Positions 48,811 through 54,042 of a stretch of DNA of 54,042 nt are shown here, piece by piece. The DNA comes from Candidatus Melainabacteria bacterium. Lineage in GTDB: Bacteria > Vulcanimicrobiota > JABDET01. A model generated the notes under the pieces. The model saw nothing but the letters and a program-made list of their open reading frames with translations. It was not told the origin of the DNA and did no database searches. The stretch covers positions 1-54,042 of the forward strand of contig JABDET010000003.1 of the NCBI GenBank assembly GCA_013286945.1, given 5' to 3'. A program made the position numbers and the translations under genes. How positions within the stretch are numbered: the stretch's first letter is position 1; every line of letters begins with the position of its first letter.

Positions 48811-49873
48811 GTGCCGAAACCTCAACCGATTGCAACGCATCTTTGATACGAGGCAAGCCCTTGTCCATCAGATAGCGAAGCGCACCAAAACTAGTGGATC
48901 CATCCGCCACCATGGCCAGGAAAATGTGGGGAGCGATCGGTTGGAGAACCACGAGCCCCTCATTAAACTCTACCACCCAGTAAATCAATTGGTGAGGAAA
49001 TGCTGAACATTCCTTGAGTACGAGCGAGAGAGTCTTTCCCAGTGTCGCGGAATCAATTTTATCGTCATCAATCGCATGAAAAACTTCCCCTCTTAAACCC
49101 AAAACAAAGAGACCCCTCAGCCCCTTGGTCTTCTTGATTTCCTGTAAAATTGGATCAAGTGCTCCGATAAGCCAAATGACCGCTTTTTCCTTTTCACTCA
49201 AGGTCGGAGATTGGGCACCGGGTTCCTTCTCTTTTTTTGAAGGAACAGCCGCTGCCTCTTTTACTTTTTGTTGAGGTGGCGCTTGCAAGGCTTGAGCCTT
49301 GACCTCAAGCTCATTGATCAAGGAAAGGCGTCTTACGGCCATGTTTTTATTGTATTCAAGAATCGTATCCATAGACGAAGTCTTCAGAAGCGCTGTAAGT
49401 TCTCGAACATCGCTGGTTAATCGTTCTTTCTCAACGGTCAGTTGTTGAAGATAAACGGTGAGATCATCTTCGTCAGGCATGCGTGAAAGCACACTTTGGA
49501 TACTGGAGGAAATCGACTCTGGAGGTGTGGCCTCTCGGGCGAGCATCTCATAAAGGACTCTGGCTTCCGCGTTTCCCCCCTCAATTCGAAACGACTCACT
49601 GAGTTCGCGAAATGCCTCATCGTACATTTTCTGCTCACCATAAATCTTAGCAAGAGCCAGACGAACTTCAATAACCTCGGGCTTAATTTCCATCAGACGG
49701 TGGAAGGCAGAAAGAGCGATGAGATTACGCCCACGACGAAAAGCCACCTCTCCAACAGCCATCAAGGCTGAAGGATCGTCAGGATTGTCCTTAAGGATCT
49801 GTTCAAGCTTTTCCAAATGTGAGTCGAGCGACAATCGATAGCCTTCAGCTGTTTCCGACACTAACCCCTCCAC
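48800..49873 (-). CDS. TPR protein with C-terminal roadblock/LC7-like domain
   Basis: N-terminal TPRs and coiled coil; C-terminal KGLRGLFVLGLRGEV...FGALRYLM resembles MglB. Confidence 0.7.
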   Translation of the reverse strand: MEGLVSETAEGYRLSLDSHLEKLEQILKDNPDDPSALMAVGEVAFRRGRNLIALSAFHRLMEIKPEVIEVRLALAKIYGEQKMYDEAFRELSESFRIEGGNAEARVLYEMLAREATPPESISSSIQSVLSRMPDEDDLTVYLQQLTVEKERLTSDVRELTALLKTSSMDTILEYNKNMAVRRLSLINELEVKAQALQAPPQQKVKEAAAVPSKKEKEPGAQSPTLSEKEKAVIWLIGALDPILQEIKKTKGLRGLFVLGLRGEVFHAIDDDKIDSATLGKTLSLVLKECSAFPHQLIYWVVEFNEGLVVLQPIAPHIFLAMVADGSTSFGALRYLMDKGLPRIKDALQSVEVSALEA

Positions 49874-49886
49874 GGATCAATGCTGC

Positions 49887-51473
49887 TTACCCTGCTGCGA
49901 CCGGCAAGGAGAAAGTAAACGTACTTCCTTTGCCTTCTCCGCTCCGAACCCTCAAATGACCTCCATGTGCTTCAACAATGTATTTTACATTCGCCAGTCC
50001 TAACCCTGTTCCCGCGATCCCTTTGGAGGCTTTCGAATCAACCCGATAAAAACGATCAAACAATCGTGGCAGTTTTTCATGCGGAATTCCGATCCCTTGA
50101 TCGGAGATGTCAACTTCCACAAGGTTCTCAGACCATCGAAGGTTAATCGTAATTTTTCCACCTTCAGGAGAATACTTGATGGCATTCGAGAGAAGATTGT
50201 TCAAAACCTGAATGATGAGATCTTCATCGGCAAACACTTTGGGGACAAAGGCTGGAGGGACAAAGACGATCTCGTGATTCGAGCTTCGCAAAGTTAATGT
50301 AGGAATGATCGAGCGAATGATCTTAATGAGATCGACAGGACGTTGATTGAGCTTGAATTCCCCAGCTTCGAGTTTTGCAAGATCAAGCAAATTATTGATT
50401 AAGCGTACAAGCCTTACCGTTTCTTCATTCACAATCACCAAATAATTATGCAAAGTCTCCGGTGGAAGATCCCGAGACAATATGACTTCGACAAATCCTT
50501 GAATACTGGTTAATGGCGTTTTCAAGTCGTGCGTAACCATCGAGACGATTTCACTTTTCATTTGCGTAACACGTTTGAGCTCGGTAATGTCCTGAAGCAA
50601 AAAAATTACTCCCTGGACAGCTCCATCGACGTTTCTCATCGGGGAGACAATGACCCGAAAAAAAAGTTCTTTTGGCTTTTTCAGGCTGATTTCGGTGAAT
50701 GAGGTCTTTCCGTGGAGCCCCTTTTTCCAAAGATCTTCCAGGCCGATTCCTGAAAACAAGAGCTGGTAGGAACGACCCAGGAGTAGACTCCGGTCAATCC
50801 CAAAAATCCGTTCCGCCGCAGGATTCGTGGTCAAGATGTCTCCCGACAGATTGGTGACCACAAGAGCGTCTGCCATGCTTGAAAGAATGGCTTCAACCTT
50901 CATCTTCTCGTAAGAAAGGGTTTCATTAAGTCGCACCATTTCTTCGACTCGTTCCTTTTCTCCACGATACAAGCGGGCATTTTCCACAGCGATGGCAGCC
51001 TGATCGGCAATGGCAGAGAGAAATCGCAAATGGTCCGTTGTAAATTTAGGAGATGAGGTCGGATTCCGAAGCATCAAGACGCCAATGATTTTTTCCTTCG
51101 TCTTCAGAGGAACACAAAGAGAGCTCTTAATGACATCCTTACGATCGACGAGTGCAGTAAATCGGGAGTCTTCAACCTTTCCATCCAAGAGAAGCGGCTC
51201 TCCTTTTTGAGCCACCCATCCCGCAATTCCCTCCCCTAAGACAACCTCGGTATTTCGAATCACTTCTTCACTTAACCCTTGTGCCACCTCAATGATTAAC
51301 TTACCCTCCGAATTAATTAGCATGATTGACCCTGCTTCGGCTTTGAAAATATCGTTGGTGATGTTCATGATGAATTGGAGGACTGTCTTTAGATCTAGAG
51401 AGGAGTTGATGACGCGGCTGATTTCATACAGCTTGAAAAACTCTTCCCGATCTTGACTCTTAGGCTGAACCAA
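49887..51473 (-). CDS. Cytoplasmic GAF-PAS sensor histidine kinase
   Basis: H-box THDLKTPLTSI, NLLSNAIKYS, DQGIG, GTGLGL; no TM segments. Confidence 0.95.
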   Translation of the reverse strand: MVQPKSQDREEFFKLYEISRVINSSLDLKTVLQFIMNITNDIFKAEAGSIMLINSEGKLIIEVAQGLSEEVIRNTEVVLGEGIAGWVAQKGEPLLLDGKVEDSRFTALVDRKDVIKSSLCVPLKTKEKIIGVLMLRNPTSSPKFTTDHLRFLSAIADQAAIAVENARLYRGEKERVEEMVRLNETLSYEKMKVEAILSSMADALVVTNLSGDILTTNPAAERIFGIDRSLLLGRSYQLLFSGIGLEDLWKKGLHGKTSFTEISLKKPKELFFRVIVSPMRNVDGAVQGVIFLLQDITELKRVTQMKSEIVSMVTHDLKTPLTSIQGFVEVILSRDLPPETLHNYLVIVNEETVRLVRLINNLLDLAKLEAGEFKLNQRPVDLIKIIRSIIPTLTLRSSNHEIVFVPPAFVPKVFADEDLIIQVLNNLLSNAIKYSPEGGKITINLRWSENLVEVDISDQGIGIPHEKLPRLFDRFYRVDSKASKGIAGTGLGLANVKYIVEAHGGHLRVRSGEGKGSTFTFSLPVAAG

Positions 51474-51481
51474 GGGGCTGT

Positions 51482-51961
51482 TTACTTTCTTTCTGCCATA
51501 CGGCGAATCTCGGCTAACAGCCGAAGCGGACTAAATGGCTTTGTTAAGAAAAGATCGGCTCCTGACTCAAGACCGGTTCTCCGCATTCCTTCACCCCGGG
51601 CCGTGATGAGAATTACAGGAATGCTAGCCGTTTCCGAATTGTGCTTTATGGCCTTGCACACCTCAATACCGCTTCTTTTAGGGACAATCACATCCAAGAG
51701 CACCACGTCCGGCTTTTTCTCAACGGTCAGGCTGTAGGCTTGTTCGCCATCGAAGGCTTCGAGGACTTCGTATCCTTCGGGTTCAAGATTTAATCGAAGC
51801 AAACGAACCATGTGGGGCTCATCGTCAACCACCAAAATCGTCTTCTTTTCTCGTTTGGGTTCTGGTTCTGGCCAAGTCTTGTGGCTTGGAAAATTCAAGA
51901 CCTGACTCGATTCGTTTTCTTCCTCTTTCTTCGTTGAGCCCTTTTTTCTCTCCCCGCTCAT
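51482..51961 (-). CDS. Single-domain response regulator with N-terminal extension
   Basis: VVDDE, LLDVIVP, KPFS. Confidence 0.9.
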   Translation of the reverse strand: MSGERKKGSTKKEEENESSQVLNFPSHKTWPEPEPKREKKTILVVDDEPHMVRLLRLNLEPEGYEVLEAFDGEQAYSLTVEKKPDVVLLDVIVPKRSGIEVCKAIKHNSETASIPVILITARGEGMRRTGLESGADLFLTKPFSPLRLLAEIRRMAERK

Positions 51962-52350
51962 GGTTTTAGTTGCTCCTTAACCACAGCCAATAACTTCAGT
52001 GGGCTAAAAGGCTTCGTGAGATAAGCGCTTGCACCCGAATCACGCCATCTTTCTTTATCGACAGGCTTGTCTTTGCTTGTGAGGATGAGCACTGGGATGG
52101 CTTCTGTTTCTTTCGTTGTCTTTAGCTTTCGACAAACCTCATATCCATCCATTCCAGGCATTTGAATGTCAAGAAGAATCAAATCGGGATGTTTTTGACC
52201 CGCGAGTTTCAAGCCTTCGTCACCATTGGCGGCCTGCAATATTTCAAAGTGATCTCCCTCGAGGCTTATTTTTACGAGCTCTAAGATGTGCGGTTCATCA
52301 TCAACCACCAAAATTCGCTTCTTCACCACAGCATTTTCTATACCTTTCAT
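51958..52350 (-). CDS. Single-domain response regulator
   Basis: VVDDE, LLDIQMPGMDG, KPFS. Confidence 0.93.
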   Translation of the reverse strand: MKGIENAVVKKRILVVDDEPHILELVKISLEGDHFEILQAANGDEGLKLAGQKHPDLILLDIQMPGMDGYEVCRKLKTTKETEAIPVLILTSKDKPVDKERWRDSGASAYLTKPFSPLKLLAVVKEQLKP

Positions 52351-52405
52351 ACAGGCCCATTAGAACCTGCTTTCAAAAATCCTTCTCTACTCAGAGAGCG
52401 ATCCG

Positions 52406-52762
52406 TCATCCGGACACTTGGAGAAACAACTTTTTAGTTTGCTTAATCTCGTATCGAATCCGTCCCAGATTGGCTCCAGGAATCGCAATGATGACAAGCA
52501 GTTCTTTAGGTGACAAAGCATCAAAGGTGATGTTCAAGCCGTCATACTCAATGTAACTTTGGCCAGCATTCTCCTTGCCAAGTTCCTTGCCGAGGCTTTC
52601 AGCACTTTTTCTACTCTCGGAAACGAGTCGAACCAAACCTTCAAGCTGATCCAACGAAACCGGAAGAGACTCCAAAATCTCTCCCTTGTCAGAAACAATC
52701 AACGCTCCCTTGAGTCCCTCAAGGCTCTTGAGTCGTTCCAAGACTGATTGATATTGTCCCAT
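52406..52762 (-). CDS. Roadblock/LC7 (MglB-like) protein
   Basis: GLKGALIVSDKGEI...ANLGRIRYEIK. Confidence 0.85.
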   Translation of the reverse strand: MGQYQSVLERLKSLEGLKGALIVSDKGEILESLPVSLDQLEGLVRLVSESRKSAESLGKELGKENAGQSYIEYDGLNITFDALSPKELLVIIAIPGANLGRIRYEIKQTKKLFLQVSG

Positions 52763-52767
52763 CTTAC

Positions 52768-53658
52768 TTACGTTGGCCTTACTAGAACGAGCTCGTCTTT
52801 ATTCACTCCAAGTTTCTTCTGGATGGATGAAACAAATGAAATTCGATTTCCAAGTCCCTTTTTCCCAGTCACTTTATACGACACCGGAGCACTTTGCCCC
52901 ACGATGATTTCGACTTTTTGTACTGTTCCATAACGCGACCATTCGCGTAACACCGTTTCATCAACGCGAACCACATTCCCTCCACCCAAGCGAAGCGCTG
53001 TTGATTCGATGGTGGCTGTAAGCTCACGATAGCGGCTAAGTTCTTCCACCATTTGCTTCCCTTTTCGATCAATCAGTTCGAACTTCTCCCCATAACTATT
53101 GATGATTCCTCCCTCTGAAGAAAGTTTTTCGATAATGTCAGAAACCTTTTCAGGTCCTGTGATGATTTGTCCATAAGCATCAAGGAAATTGTCAGTCACA
53201 ATGTGCCCTTGACTTAAGAGGAAATAAACAGAATCCTTCTTTTCGTTTCCTTGAATCTCGACCACCCCGGTCAGCTTGTCTGAATCAAGAGAGCTTAAGA
53301 GTTTGCGAAACTCCTTTTTTCGAACCTGATAGTTGGCGTACTTTTCCTGAAATGCAAACCAGTTCGATAAGACATCCACGAGATCAGGAGACAGCACGAA
53401 AGAAGATAAGTTCAAGGAGGCCTTGCGAAGTCGATGATAAAGGAGAAGCTCCGAAATCAAAGAAAAATTTCTCCCCGAAATCTCGATGACGCTCTTAACG
53501 ATCCCTTCCTTGAGGAAAGCACAGTAGGCCGTATCACCCGTATCTGCTTTCACATAACCGTTGAAGCCGTGGTGTTGAAGATTAGCCAATTTCAGCTTCA
53601 AATCTTCCAACAAGAGGGGGGTTTCCTTCAACAAAGCATTCCCTCGTGGCAAATTCAT
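52768..53658 (-). CDS. Hypothetical protein with two DUF4388/DUF2226-like subdomains
   Basis: Repeated (F/L)xG(Y/V)(V)...(F/L)xxG.IV pattern; roadblock-cluster context. Confidence 0.55.
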   Translation of the reverse strand: MNLPRGNALLKETPLLLEDLKLKLANLQHHGFNGYVKADTGDTAYCAFLKEGIVKSVIEISGRNFSLISELLLYHRLRKASLNLSSFVLSPDLVDVLSNWFAFQEKYANYQVRKKEFRKLLSSLDSDKLTGVVEIQGNEKKDSVYFLLSQGHIVTDNFLDAYGQIITGPEKVSDIIEKLSSEGGIINSYGEKFELIDRKGKQMVEELSRYRELTATIESTALRLGGGNVVRVDETVLREWSRYGTVQKVEIIVGQSAPVSYKVTGKKGLGNRISFVSSIQKKLGVNKDELVLVRPT

Positions 53659-54041
53659 CCTTTTTCCTCATTCCCCCCAAGATCCAAAGAAATTTCACGT
53701 CCCCTCTTCGGAGAAGGAGTTGACGCCTTCATCAACGATTTCCATGGGTCTTCAATTTCCACCGGAGAATTTGGAGACATGGCTCCAGGGTTCGGAATCT
53801 CGTTCCCAGCCGCGGGCTCTGATGGAATCGCAGTGGTTCTTCCTGGAGGTGGCAGGAGCGCCTCAGGCATACTATTCCCCGGAGAAAAACTGCTGCTTGC
53901 ACTTTCAGTGGGCTTCTCTTCAGAAGGCTCGTTCATTTCTGCCAAATGTTTAAACGGGTCTCTGTATTCTTCACTGGCTGAAGCCACCTCCTCATCCACC
54001 GCATGGCTCCTACGGCTTAAAAAATCCCACCCGAGAGCCAT
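53655..54041 (-). CDS. Pro/Ser/Glu-rich C-terminal part of a gene entering from the right edge
   Basis: Open to the window end; stop overlaps the next start (ATGA). Confidence 0.55.
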   Translation of the reverse strand: MALGWDFLSRRSHAVDEEVASASEEYRDPFKHLAEMNEPSEEKPTESASSSFSPGNSMPEALLPPPGRTTAIPSEPAAGNEIPNPGAMSPNSPVEIEDPWKSLMKASTPSPKRGREISLDLGGNEEKG

Positions 54042-54042
54042 C

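Noticed and set aside
51482-52350. These response regulators as the binders of the 11-bp-period boxes
   Set aside because: Both are receiver-only proteins with no winged-helix DNA-binding domain.

Overview
Bacterial chromosomal window, mostly housekeeping genes from a probable diderm (TonB/ExbBD present). It contains the shikimate operon (aroE-aroC-aroK-aroB-aroQ) plus comEC, the glycine cleavage operon (gcvT-H-PA-PB), an ExbD-TPR-ExbB-ExbD-TonB cluster, pyrF/pyrE, ndk, rsmI, archease-rtcB, ddl, polX, lysS, a pgl-like glycosylation cluster and a roadblock/two-component signalling cluster. The most unusual element is a set of orphan genes at 24.6-31.9 kb, plus one at 1.4-2.1 kb. Their upstream regions carry TT[A/T/C]ACA-type hexamers on an exact 11-bp period (OmpR/PhoB-family operator architecture), and their products share short protein motifs with each other and with an ankyrin-repeat protein. 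I read this as a candidate co-regulated secreted-protein or effector module (inference). Other observations: an apparent inversion joining a hutH-like 3' end to a dppC-like 3' half, homopolymer frameshifts in three of the four glycosylation genes, a sigma28-type promoter driving a small Asn/Gln-rich protein, and a leaderless zinc-finger gene with an inverted-repeat operator after rtcB. No rRNA, tRNA, CRISPR array or transposase was recognised. All homology calls are from motif recognition by eye; no searches were run.
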